A DNA stretch of 64,000 bases from Octopus sinensis (lineage: Eukaryota): NCBI RefSeq assembly GCF_006345805.1, contig NC_042997.1:2604001-2668000 (forward strand), in the 5' to 3' direction. Each line of letters begins with the position of its first letter. Within the stretch, counting starts at the first letter, position 1. This document shows, piece after piece, positions 12,381 to 25,300 of the stretch. The translations under genes were made by a program, and so were the position numbers. The notes below the pieces were generated by a model. That model worked only from the letters and a program-made list of their open reading frames with translations. It ran no database searches and was not told the DNA's origin.

Positions 12381-14062
12381 ATTATTGTTATACACGTATA
12401 TTCTCATAATATGCTTCTTGTTTGATCTTTGATGAATATCGATAGTAACAGAAACGTTTAACATTCGTAGAGGAATTAATTGCTCATAAGATATCAACGT
12501 GAATACATAACTATATCTACTTATATGTGTTTATATAAATGCGGTTGTGCGTATACTTTTCTGTAAACTAACTCCTGAAAGACAACTAAATAGTTTTACA
12601 GTATTTCACATTATAGCAGGAAATTGGTAAACGATCTCGATGTTACATATAAACCATTACACGTGTTTCATTTACTAAGGTAGTAACTAAATTGTACATG
12701 TGAGAAAAACATGTAAGATATTACCTTTTGAAAAATTTCAAAACATTGAATCAAGTAATATTAATAAACGAAACACGTGTATGGTGAACAAATAATACCC
12801 AACTTTTACCAATCCACTGTTTTGGTATTCTATTAAACTGTAAATACCATTTCTAGTGTTTTGGAAGTCTTATGCATTCCTCACACAATTACAACTAACA
12901 CATACAATGTTGGAGAACTGGAATATGCAGATATGGTCCACGAGGACGCTGCTTAGATTATAACCCTTTCTACATGCAAAAATTATATATATTTCTTGTG
13001 TATATTATAGTTAGGCCTTATCACGACACGTTATATTCAATCAATGGATTTTATCAAATGATATTCGTACAAGCGCTGAAAGAATCTATTATCGAGAATG
13101 TCTACCTGAAGCATAGTTTTCCGTGTTAAGCCAAATATTAAAAAAAAGTCTTCTGTTTGAAAACAACTGTCAATAGTATTAATATTGCATTTGAGTTGAA
13201 AGGGAAGCTATTAAATTAAATTTATCTGTTGTCTTTTTTGCCCTTAAATGAATTATAATACAGAACAGTATAACATTCCACATTGAGTGTAACAATTCAC
13301 GCACGTTAGCTACCAGCTAACATGAAACATATTCATAATTGATATCTGTTGATTTGGATATGCGTACACGTAACGCTAAGATTAGCAGAGACATAAAAAA
13401 AAATGTTCAAGGTTTTGTCTATAGGACAAGATTATGATCTGTATGTTTTCTAGTGATTGTAGGGTGGGTCTTTGATGTGTATACGAAAGTTCAGGCCATT
13501 GCAAATGTATGTATATAAAAAAAGGTAACACAATAAACCATTCAAAATATCATAGCTGTAAAATGTCCTTGAATGTATACAACTATTAATAATGAAACGT
13601 TCCAATCTCCCAGAGTTGTTTCATGTTGTATAATGTTGATTCTGTCTGGTGTGGTATTCTGACCTCAGATCACGGATGCCTGTTTTCAGCATTCATGGAT
13701 AATGCAGAATGACATCCATGCTTCTTGCAACCACTTATATGCACTGAATCAACAATAGAAACTGATACAACAAAGTAATGTTTTAATTCATGACTAAGCA
13801 TTAATGTAGCTACGAATATACTAAGATAGCATAGGTTAATATATTATCTACCCGCAGTCTATCTGGGTATGTAAGTATGTATGCATGTACATATATGTGT
13901 ATGTAAGCATGTGTTTATGTATCTTTGCATATATGTATAGTGGAGTCTCCTATGGACTTCGGCGTACGAGGGTCTGACAACTAGCAATACAGTTTGTATG
14001 TATACGTACACATACACATATATGTGTATATATTTATATATATATATATATTATATATTATA

Positions 14063-14112
<50 letters not shown>

Positions 14113-14729
14113 TATATATATAAATATATATATACATACATATATATACATATATATATATATATGTATGTGTGTATATATATATATATAAATATACATA
14201 TATATATATATATGTACAAAAAAAAATAAAAAAAATAAAATGAAATAAAATTAAATATTTATGCTCCGAATCGGAATTACATTACTTTGAGGCTATTTCG
14301 GTTTAAAATATAAAAGTAAAAATGTTTCTTTAATTTGAAATAAAGCAGAGTTGAACGTCATCATACGAATTTGTTTCGTGTGGGTATGTATAAATTTTTG
14401 TGAATGTGGTTCTTTGAAAATTGTGCTGACGATGGGAAGTAAGCTTTTTTACTGCTTTCATCTCGAAATTGGACTAATACACAATTCACTGTGTAGTTTT
14501 ATCTTGCAGTTTTCATTTGTTCATATACAACCCGTATTTTTTGCAGAAGCTTAATGTGATTTTATAAGTTTTTTTTTAGCGAATTCTTACAAGAATGTTG
14601 GGACAGGTATTTTTTCCTGTTCCCTTACGTAATCATATAATTTATATGTGGTGCTATTAAGTTAGACATGGCCTGGAACAATCATTGGTCAAAACATATC
14701 TAAGTTTATCTAAGTTTATGATCGATAAT

Positions 14730-14784
<55 letters not shown>

Positions 14785-14785
<1 letters not shown>

Positions 14786-15075
14786 CGGGAAAGTTTACGA
14801 AAATAAACAAAAGACGAAGGCAGGTGGAGTACTAACAAACAAATGTATTAGTATGGTGCCCAGGAATAGAAATAGAACAAGTCTTTTACGTTTCGATCCT
14901 ACGCTCTTCGACAGAAAGATACACAGAAAAAAACAAGGAGAGAAAAAAATGCGTGTAGGAGCTAACGATCTATCATGGCGTTCTGACTTCGGGCAGTGGT
15001 CAGACGCTAGAGGGACAGTAGGGGAGATAACAAGGTCAAGTGACTTCCAAAACGAAGGTGCCCCAAACACAAAGG
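14785..15075 (-). mobile_element. PLE terminal-repeat fragment with hammerhead-like motif (14882-14919)
   Basis: Minus strand TCTTT-CTGTCGA-A-GAGC(gtag)GATC-GAAAC-GTA-AAAGA, with a 5-bp stem I and palindromic ACGT stem III. Confidence 0.75.
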
Positions 15076-15489
15076 TGCGTGTGTTTATAAGAGAGTATGT
15101 ATGTGCATGTGAAAGAGGACTGGTGGTCTGGACGTGTGTGTGTATGTATGTGTGGGTGTGGAGATGTGGGGATTGTGTGTGGGTGGTGTGTTGTGATGTG
15201 ATATGTGTATGTATGTGTAGGTGAAAAGATGTGGGGATGTGTGTGTGGGCGTTGCGCTGTGGGTGGTGTGTTGTGATGTGATGTGTAATGTTGTATGGTG
15301 TAGTGTGGTGTGATGTTGTGGGTGGGTGGGGGAGGCGAGAGTGGGGAAAGTCCAGGTGGGGTGTGAGTTCGGCTGGGGGTTGGGGTATAGTGGGGTTTGC
15401 GGGGAGAGTGATAGGGGGAGAGAAGAGAGGGAAGGGGAGGAGGAGGTGGGGAGAGAGGAGTATATATATATGATCGATAATTATATGTA

Positions 15490-15915
15490 TATATGATTAT
15501 TGAAAATATTGATATGGAAGACGGAGTGTAGCTTTATTTGGGGTGCCTTTCGCACAGCTTCCTGATGGGTGGTGTACGATGTAATGACATCGAATGCTTC
15601 GCGCAGTGCAGGAAGCCTCATCAGGTGATTTACTTTTACATTTCGTTCCAGGATAGATGCTGGTGCTAATATGTTGTGTTGCTAGTAGTTCACACACTTT
15701 GGTGGAATAAAGATATTTATGGCCTATATACAGGAAGTTGTAGATAAAAAATAAAACATTAAATTTTAAACGGCTTCTTGCACCACGTGATGAATCTATT
15801 GCCATTACATAGTTCCCCAGCCATTAGAGAGCAGTGCAGAAGCCAGCCGAAACGATTGTTGTGCAAAATGAAGCTTGTAGTTACACTCTTTCTTCTGTGT
15901 CAATCATTTAAAATA
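15490..15915. mobile_element. PLE fragment with inverted terminal repeat and long-stem-II hammerhead-like motif
   Basis: 15490-15586 is a diverged inverted repeat of 15803-15912. 15560-15725 is homologous to 24860-25040. The minus strand has CAC-CTGATGA-GGCTTCCTG...CAGGAAGC...GAAA. Confidence 0.65.
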
Positions 15916-16127
15916 TGCCCAAGGTGCACCTAGGATATCCTTACGTAGATCCAACGACGCAAGAGCAGTACTGCGGATAACATCCGGTAGCCATAAGTTC
16001 TGAACATGTCCTACAGGGCCCACTATCAGGGACTTACCCGAAACAAGGTACGGATACTGGAATCTAATGTCTCCTGTCAAAATCGTGAATTTAATTTTAT
16101 ATTTAACTGAGATATACATATATATAT

Positions 16128-16194
<67 letters not shown>

Positions 16195-17434
16195 ATATAT
16201 ACGCACGTACCCACACACAAGCACATACATGCATACATACACAGATTGTGAGTAAAACTGTGTGGACGGAAATAATATATATTAAGTAGGACCATAGGTT
16301 GGACTGAATATACACTTGAAACGGGCAGATTTGCCACGGAATGATCCCCGAATATTTCACCTGAGAATTAAAGTTTATATTCTAATTCAACACTTAGGCT
16401 CTGCAGGTATTCGTACAAATGGAAATTTATCTTCGACACCGACAGGAGATCTATTTATATTTATTCACTATAAACACATTAGGTATTGCATTTTATAAAT
16501 TCACATGAGATAGGATACAGAGATTAAAGGAAATATTGAGCAGGAAACTAATTTCTAATATGTATATATAATCAAGTTATTTTTCTGGTAAATTAAGAAA
16601 GATGAAAATGGATATTAAACAGGTATAAGAGGAAAACCTTTCATAACCAATATTGCTGGTCTTGATATTATTTGTTTTTTGTACCACATTAGATGTAGCT
16701 TGATAAATTAAGACGGCAGCAGCATATTTTGGTGAGTGATTATTGCTAATTGAACGAAAACATAGAAGTAATAAAAAATATATATACGCTTAAATAGCAA
16801 AGAAACATAATTTGCAACAGATGAAAGGAAATGTATCTTTGATGAAACATGCAAAAGTTAAATGAAATACATCAAAGGTGCAACAATCGGTGTGGAATCT
16901 AACGAGTTTTGCATGCTAAATGCATGAAAGTATTAAGCTTGCTTTACTAAAAGTTTTGGTGGGGGTTGTGATGCACTTTATTATTTGACGATCTAATAAA
17001 GCATATTATATAAGTGGAATTATTTCGTATGTACATTACGCACAATTTTACATACAAGAGCGCATGTGCACATATACATTTAAGGGAATATTTGTCTCTT
17101 TCTCTCTCTCTCTCTCTGTCACTCTGTACGAATTCATACACGCACACACCCTCTCACACATACACAATAATACATATATATGTGTGTGTGTGTGTGTGTG
17201 TATGTGTGTGTGTTTGTGTTCATTGAGAATGTGTGTGTTTGAGCACGCGCGTGTGTGTCTCATATACAGTGAACTTCAATGATACTATCTGTAAGAAATA
17301 ATTAAATATGGATTTTGACAAAAATTTGCAGACATATACAGATACATTTGCGAACGCATATGCTCATTTATATATATATCTAACTGTGTAAGCACATTAA
17401 TGTGAAACAAGGTGGGAAAATATTTATTTCTTTA

Positions 17435-17803
17435 TTGCACATAGAGGGGACAAACAAGGAGAGACAGAGGGATTAAGGCGATTCTTCGACCTCAATGCGT
17501 AACCGGTACTTATTTAATCGACCCCAAAAGGATGAAAAGCAAAGTCAATCTCAGGGGAAATTGAACTCAGAATGTAAAGATAGAAAAAATACCCATTCCT
17601 TTACTACCACAACGAGCTAAACACAGACGAGACAAACAAGGACAGACAGACGGATTAAGTCTATTATATCGACCCAGTGCGTAACTGGTACTTAATTTAT
17701 CGAGCCCGAAAGGATGAAAGGCAAAGTCGACCTCGGCAGAATTTGAACTCAGAAATTCTGCGTTTCGCCCGGTGTGCTAATGATTCTGCAAGCTCGCCGC
17801 CCT
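17435..17803 (-). mobile_element. Two tandem copies of Meta-like tRNA-derived SINE
   Basis: Two successive units (about 17435-17610 and 17625-17803), each with GAGTTCAA(A/T)TT...ACTTTGC(C/T)TTTCATCCTTT.GGG.TCGAT; the second includes the GGCGGCGAGCTTGCAGAA head. Confidence 0.85.
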
Positions 17804-17819
17804 AAGGTGGGAAACAAAA

Positions 17820-17935
17820 TTACTCGAATACGGGAGGTAGAGTAATATGCTTTATGAATAAAGCTGCAAAGACATCACAAAAACTGTTACTCAGAGTTTA
17901 ACATTCCCTTTAGTCGGACACTTTTGGTTGAGAAT
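17820..17935 (+). repeat. Interspersed repeat, probably PLE terminal repeat
   Basis: TCACAAAAACTGTTACTCAGAGTTT is shared in reverse orientation with 51787-51811. Confidence 0.6.
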
Positions 17936-18294
17936 GGAACATAATATGGTTAATGCATAAATGCATAAATACTTTGTTGGATAAACATTTGAAAATGGTT
18001 TGGTTTCATTGGTCCCTTAAAGTAACGGTCTTTTCAATAACCATTTATATGAAAATACAACTACGATTTAAATCATATTATTATAAAAATCGAAGAAATT
18101 CTTAAATCAATAGATAGCTTTAGTAGAAGGAAAAAAGTTGTATACCCAGTGTAAATTGATTAATGGTACATAAATAATAAACTTAAATAAATTAAAAAGG
18201 TATGTTCGTTTAAAATAAGAAGTTACAAAAACTAACATTATAAAACTACATATACATTTAGAAATACATACACATACCAAAGAATCATACATAC

Positions 18295-21083
18295 ATATAT
18301 ACACTAAACATACAAACATTGGTACATGCCTACAAACATAGAGAAACAAATGCAGGCAAAACTTAAATATATACAAATGCATATATAGGTATCAACGTAT
18401 ATATACATTCGCATATAATACTTCTCCGTGAGTGTTTCAAATATACAACCTAGCTGTTTCAAGGTAGAGAAGTAAATCGAAAAAAAATCAAAGAATAATA
18501 AATGGAGGAAGAAAAGAAAAAAAAGAAGTCGTCCAAGAATAAAAGAAAGAGAAAGAAAAATAGATAGATAGATAGAGAGAGAGAGTGAGAGAGAAAGAGA
18601 AATGATATTAAACTTGCCGTTCCTAAAATGTCTCTAGCAAATGTTAGATACTTCTGTAAGTTTGCAAACGCACACATATAAAAATGCATATATATATAAA
18701 GACATGCATATCTACATAAATACGTACATGCAAAAGTTACACACATAGATACGCATACAAATATACAAATAAACATATACAATTCTTAAAAGTCAAATGT
18801 AAAACATGAACGTGAAATATGTACCAGCAGTGTAATACAAGATGTCTATATTTCAGGTGTAAAAGCCAAATTAAAATGTGAAATTAAAAAAAAAGAATTT
18901 GAAACTCAAAACTTTTTTCTCATACGGCATATTTTCAATTTACATTTTAAACCTCGTGGTGTGCCTGCAGGAATTTAATAGTTCACGTCCTTGGTTCAAT
19001 GTATGTTTAACCCGGAACAGGATGAAGACTTTTTCTGATAAGCAAAGGTTGCATTTCATTGGTCTTCTACATACTCCATATTTATATGGTGCTGCTCTTT
19101 CAAAAATTGTCCAGGTGATTTTGAAAGGACAGTTGTCATTTTCCCTTCAATTGCCTGGCATGTTTTGCTAGAGTTGTTGCTGTCCTATTTTCGGGTTATC
19201 GGAAATAATATCCAGGCATTTACTTCTTAAAGCCTTAGAATTCCCCAGATTGTATGTCACCATCGATAAGTCGAATTTCGATGTTGTACAGCATGCAAGT
19301 AAATTCCCCCTCCGTTTTTACGATAATTCCATCTTGGTTAAAAACGGCCAGCATACTTTATTTGATGTATGCGATAGAACTGTGTTGCGTATGCTTATAA
19401 GAGCTTATATTTTGCAAAGCCTGCATCCAGAATTCCCTTTTATTAATGCAGTATTATACAGGGATGACGGTCTTATAGTCACCTGTAATTTAAACGGCCA
19501 TGTGTCAGATAAACTTTGGAAGAATCTGATTACTTTCTTCCAAAGAATGGGCCTACGGATTACGATAGAAAGAAACCTTCATAACGTCGAATTTCGATTT
19601 GCAATTAGATAAATTTAAACCCTACCGTACGTCCAATAAAAAGCTATTTTATATTAACAAAAAAATCTAAATCATCCATTTGTTCTTCGTAAGAAACTAG
19701 CTATTAATATAAGAAGGCACATATCATCTATATTTTCAAAATGCTGCGCCGTATAATTAATTAAAAAACAGCGGATTTTCGGAGAAGATCCAGTATAGTC
19801 AAGTTACTTCTTGTACGAAGAACTGGGACTAGAATGTTTTGTATTTTAATCTGGAATTTAATATTACCGTAAAATAACAAATATAGGTAGGAGATTCTTG
19901 AAGCTAGTTTCTAAATATTTTCAAGCCAGCCATAAGAGCTACGGAATATTTAATAAGAGAACACTGAATGTTAGGTACCCTTATTGCACAAACTTCGCTT
20001 CATTTATTAATCAGCATAACGCAAAAATCATTACAAACAAATTCTCTGCCGAATTTAACAAGAAGATTTGCAATTTCAAAGATGAGATTTGCTGTCCGTT
20101 GGAAGGAAAATGTCTGGAAAAAAGAATAGTTTATGAAGCTAAAATACCAATAGACGGCTCACAAAAATACAAAATCATACACAAAACTTCGGGAAAATCA
20201 TTGAATACTAGGTTTTATCCCCACATAAATTGTTTCCGATATTCCTGGATGAGGACAGCAACAAGTGTTGCAAAATATGTCTGGCAATTGAAGGAAACAT
20301 GACACCCGTACTTTTAGTATGAGCTGGACAATTTTTGAAAAAGTAGCACCATATAAACATGGTACATATAGAAGACCAATGAAATGCTACCTTTGCCTCT
20401 CAGAAAAAAGTTTCAGGATAAACACGCAATAAACCAAAGGCGAGAACATTTAAATAGCTGTAGGCACGTCATGTAGTTTCAATATCAACTTTAAAAATAC
20501 CGTATGGGTAAAAGATTTTGTTTCGTAATGCTGGTTCACATTACACCTCCATATTTTTATTCTACTTTTAATAAATACATATGTTTATTTTTGTAATTGT
20601 ATGCGTGTCTACATGCATGTTGCTTTTGCATGAACACATGTATTTATGTAGATGTGCGTGTCTTTTTATACGTGTGCATTTTTACGTTTGCGTTTGCAAG
20701 CTTACCGAAGTATCTAACATTAGTTAGATACATTTTAGAAACGCCAACTTCATTATCATTTCACTCTCTTTCTCTCTATTTATTTTCTCGTTCTCTTTCA
20801 TTTGTTCTTTCTTCAAACACTTCTTTTTTCTTCTTTCGTCCTCTTTTTCTTTCTCATTCCACTTATTCTCTGATTCTTTTAGTTGTCACTCTCTAGCTTG
20901 TAACAACTAGGTTGTGTATTTGAAACACACACGGAAAAATTATTATTTGCGTATTTGCGTATATATATATATGTACGTACGTGGATACATGCATATGCGT
21001 TTGTATATATTCGTGCTTTGCCTATACTTATTTGTATATGTATATAGGCATGTACCAACGCCGTATGTTTAGCGTATATATAT
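18295..21083 (+). mobile_element. Penelope retroelement (RT + GIY-YIG, 5'-truncated, pseudogenised) with ~900-bp inverted copy of its 3' end
   Basis: The body at 19190-20470 translates as AVLYRDDGL...GLRITIERNL (RT), IFNKRTLNV...CCPLEGKCLEKRIVY...AKYVWQLK...CYLCLSEK...SCRH (GIY-YIG). 18295-19186 is a diverged reverse complement of 20252-21083. Confidence 0.9.
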
Positions 21084-21329
21084 CACGCACACTACATATA
21101 CATACACGCACACACACATACTTCAAACTACTAGTATATTCCACTGACCATTCTCCAACGCACATGTGTAGGTAGACACACAACACAAGCCACTTCTACT
21201 ATAAATTCTTCCTATGACCTTAAACGATATTAAGACCAACCACATACATGGATAAACAACCACAACCACACACACACACACTGCAATTTTGCACACACAT
21301 ATACACACACACACACAGACTTGCGAGCA

Positions 21330-21515
21330 CGTACATACCCACACATACACATACCTTCTTCTCTTGCACTCTACTGTCTTTGAAAGAACTTTTTCTTCAC
21401 CCATTCCATTCTGGTCATTCAATATGTAACCGCGTGTGTATCGTTGGCGATTTTCTTTCTCCGTCTTCCCTTCCTTGGACATTTCCTTTTCTATGTTTCT
21501 GACGAAGAGCTCCGG
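21330..21515 (+). mobile_element. PLE terminal-repeat fragment ending in half a hammerhead core
   Basis: TATGTTT-CTGACGA-A-GAGCTCC at 21492-21513, then truncated; homologous to the minus strand of 24335-24420. Confidence 0.6.
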
Positions 21516-21799
21516 ACAAAATCATTGCGACATTAAATACCGCTAGGGATCTCTGAGTAACTGTTGACAACATATTTATCTAGTGTGTCCACTTGAAGAA
21601 CGAAGTCAACATGGCCTATAAGGCATGCTTCAGGATCGTCAGGAGTATTCGGTTTTGAGACACCCCTACCATTACCCTCATTTTCTCAAACTTCGCCTGC
21701 CCTCAACTACAATATTGTTGTGCGCACTTGTCTCGATAAACAAAGAAAAATAATAAATACATAAAAAGAAAAGGAAAAGAAAGACCATAAAAATTGAAG

Positions 21800-22110
21800 C
21801 GTCAGTGATCATCACGAGAAAAATAGATCACATGGCAAGTCTTGCTTATTAGGATCATCTCGAGCAACTCAACTTCTATTTCTTTCAACGCCGCTGTGGA
21901 TGGTATGTTATCTGTGTGATGTGGAAAAAGTTTCAAAAGATTTGCCAGAATTATGTTGACCTCAACTTCGAAATTATCTGAGGCTCTTTCTCGTACCATC
22001 CGTTCTCCACAAAAATATTGCTCTCATCATATAACAATACTAAGGCAAACATATTTCACCTCATCTGGACCTGCTATCTTTAAAATCATGCTAAGGCTCA
22101 CGCGGATATA
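21800..22110 (+). mobile_element. CR1-like LINE ORF2 C-terminal remnant
   Basis: Translates as DHMASLAY*DHLEQLNFYFFQRRCGWYVICVMWK...TYFTSSGPAIFKI, matching the LxYxERLxxLxLYSLxRRR region also seen at 51280-51360. Confidence 0.7.
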
Positions 22111-22597
22111 TCTCTGCAAACTGTAGCTCTAGACTCGAATGTACCATGGTGTCCAAAGAATGATTGTAGTGTAAGGTACGAATATATATACCCACCGAAC
22201 TTCCACCATGGGTCATCACAATTGCTTAAGGTAAAAATGAATTCCTCGCTCTTTCGGAAACATCAATCTTCTGTATTGACCGCTTTCCACCACTTTGATC
22301 CGTTTTTTGTATTGAATACGTATCGCCACCGTGGGCCACTGCATCGAACACTTTGAACATATACTTCAAACTATATATCAACTATACATGAACTATATAT
22401 CAACTATACATGAACTCTAAGATGTCTGACTCCGTTGTGTATTATAAATGAATTTCTTGTGTTTGACGGCATGAGCTGTCTTTTTTTATATATAACTTTT
22501 TTTGATAAGGTTCATTTCAGGAACTGAAACATGTTATAATGTATATATAAAAATTAAAAATTGTATAATACAGCAGCATTTTCGAACTTCATTTTTT

Positions 22598-22689
<92 letters not shown>

Positions 22690-22802
22690 ATATATGTGTG
22701 TGTGTGTGTGGTGCGTGTGTGTGTGTGTGTGTTGTGAGTGTCTGTGTGTGTTGTGAGTGCGTATGTATGTATATATACATATATGCACACATATACACAC
22801 AT

Positions 22803-22847
<45 letters not shown>

Positions 22848-23204
22848 AATATATAAACAGTGAGAGACAGGAAGATAGACAGATAGAAAAATAGATCTGC
22901 AATATCTTATTGTGTTTCTTCTCAGAAATGCAAAACCATATCGGAATTCTTACATGTTAGTGGGCAATATGGCTAAATGATAAAAGAGTAGAAATGCAAA
23001 AGATGCAGTAAACATACCACCAAATCATATACGAAATGCCTATTAATAATGTATGTAAATATAATTTCTAAACATTAAGTACACTAATTTTAAAGAATAT
23101 TCGTTGTACATACTTTGATATAAATACACCTGTGCATACATACGCGAACTTTTGTATGTATGTAAGTATGTATTTGTGTGTGTGTCTGTTTGTTTTTCTA
23201 TCTG

Positions 23205-23235
<31 letters not shown>

Positions 23236-23244
23236 ATATATATA

Positions 23245-23293
<49 letters not shown>

Positions 23294-23395
23294 GTCTATC
23301 TATCTATCTATCTATCTATCTATCCATCAATCTATCCATCTATCTACCTATCTATCTATTTTTCTATCTATCTATCTATCTATGTATCTATCTAA
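23205..23395. repeat. (TCTA)n/(TA)n microsatellite
   Basis: Directly visible. Confidence 0.95.
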
Positions 23396-24199
23396 CCAGA
23401 TTCTTATCGATAAGTAATATATAGGAAAATATCTGAATACTTGGATGATAATTTAGGAATAGTGACATCTGATATACGGCAGAGAATTTCATATCCATTT
23501 AAATGTGGTTTATAAGAGGAAATGTACAATTTCATGTATATACAGTGCACATTCTGAGCGTGTTAATAAAATTGAATTCCTATTTGTATTCCATTTCGAG
23601 GCTCTACCGAAGCACTTATCTTCCCTGATTAAATAATGAGTAAGTTACATATGCTCCAGATCACACGCACATAAATGCTTACTTGCTTGATATATAGAAA
23701 ATGAAATAAATACATTAGATATAATGGGAAAGATAACACGTGGCATAACGTACACAAATTATTTTATAGTCTTTATTTTCTTTTATGGAATATCTATCCC
23801 ACCTGTAATTTCATATCAAACATTTCTCGAATCTATGTCTAAATGTCATGTCAACCGTATTTGTTCTATTGCGGTAAACATTAATGAGAAAACTTTTCCA
23901 TTTTTTTTTATTTTCACACTCGTATATAGAAATTGTGCGATTCTGGCTCTAACAAAATTCTCTGTAGTTCAGCCTTTAAAGAAATACATGGATGTAATGA
24001 TACAATTATCCTGTTGCAAGTTACCACATTGTAAATAAATGTTATATCTACTCTATAGCTATAACAACATTTTGAAAACATCAACGTTGAGGTATATATT
24101 TACTCGTTATATCCATTATATATATACGTGTGTATGTGTGCGTGTGTGGGTGCAAGCAAATATATATAAAATATATCATAAATGTGTGTGAACGTGTGT

Positions 24200-24520
24200 G
24201 TGCGTGTGTATACACATACATCAATATATGTATATAAGGTTAATCCAAACAAGAAAACAGAAGAGACAGCACAAAGAGGTGGTACAATTAAAGTATTATT
24301 ATTAGGCGCTCAGGAAAAAAGGGAAGAAGGGGGGTATGACGTTTCAAGTGGAGCTCTTTGTCGGAAACATAAGAGAAAGAAAGATCCCGAGGTGGGAGGG
24401 CAGAGGGAAAAAAACGCGACTGGCCTTCACGAGGTAAACATACTGAAAGGCAGGAAGTCGTAGACGAGAGGGGGACAAGTTTTCAAAGACAGGAGAGCGG
24501 AAAAAGAAGGTAGGTAAAAA
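24200..24520 (-). mobile_element. PLE terminal-repeat fragment with decayed hammerhead-like motif (24335-24370)
   Basis: Minus strand TATGTTT-CCGACAA-A-GAGC(tcc)ACTT-GAAAC-GTC-ATA. Confidence 0.6.
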
Positions 24521-24779
24521 CACAATGAGTGGGAAGAAGAGGGTGTGTATGTGAGTATGTACGTGTGTGTGTGTGTATGTATGTGTTAGGCGACGGCTAG
24601 TGGCGAGCAGCGGTCGTAACGGTGTGCGAGATAATAATTGTGTGTTTATTAGTGCGTGCGTTTGTGTGTAAGTGTGTGTACGTACGGCGAAAGCTAGTGG
24701 ACGTAGCAGTCACAGGTCAGTAGTAAAAGGAGGAAGAAAGGGAATGTGTGCGTGTATATGTATATCTATGTCTATCTAT

Positions 24780-25300
24780 CTATATTTTTTGTAAACGGAA
24801 GTCGGTGTTTAACTAGATACTTTATTTAGCACAACAATTGTTTCGAATGCCTTCTGCTTTATCGGTGGGGAAGGATGTAATGATATCAGATGCAACACAC
24901 AGTGCAGGGAGCTTAATCAGGGGACGTAACAAGCATCAAATTTATAAGATTTACATTTTTATAAGGAAGATATTAGTGATATTACGCTATGTTGCTAGTT
25001 GTTCACACACATTGGTGAAGTGTGGATATTTATGATCAAGAAGTGGTTGTTTATTTTCTAAATCTAATATAAATGGTGGGATGTTTATTGCACTGGATCG
25101 AATGGGCTTGAAGTGTGTGGAGAACTGTGATTGCTGTGTTTGGATGTCAAGTTTTACAGTGTGTTCAATAATTCGGTGTGGTTTTGATTGTTGCCTTCAG
25201 ATTTGATGGCTGCTTACACCGATACAGACTGTTGAGGAAATCAACTTGATATTAAACAGCATCGTCCGCGTCGAGAACTTTGTCGATAGATTTATAGATA
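24780..25300 (-). mobile_element. PLE remnant: decayed GIY-YIG followed by long-stem-II hammerhead-like motif (24829-24924)
   Basis: Minus strand DAV*YQVDFLN...VCIGVSSHQI (YIG-like), then CTGATTA-A-GCTCCCTGC...GCAGAAGGC-ATTC-GAAAC-AATT-GTT-GTG. Confidence 0.6.

Noticed and set aside
12840-13110. Moderately complex open frames and splice-like signals on both strands
   Set aside because: No recognisable protein similarity and no consistent exon chain.
13964-13980. TACGAGGGTCTGAC resembling a mariner TIR start
   Set aside because: Too short and has no partner TIR.
16703-16741. 39-nt segment with good acceptor and gtgagt donor
   Set aside because: All three frames are closed; such signals arise by chance in AT-rich DNA.
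22150-22375. Minus-strand KVFDAVAH resembling RT motif KAFDxVxH
   Set aside because: The surrounding sequence does not follow RT motif order; too decayed to call.
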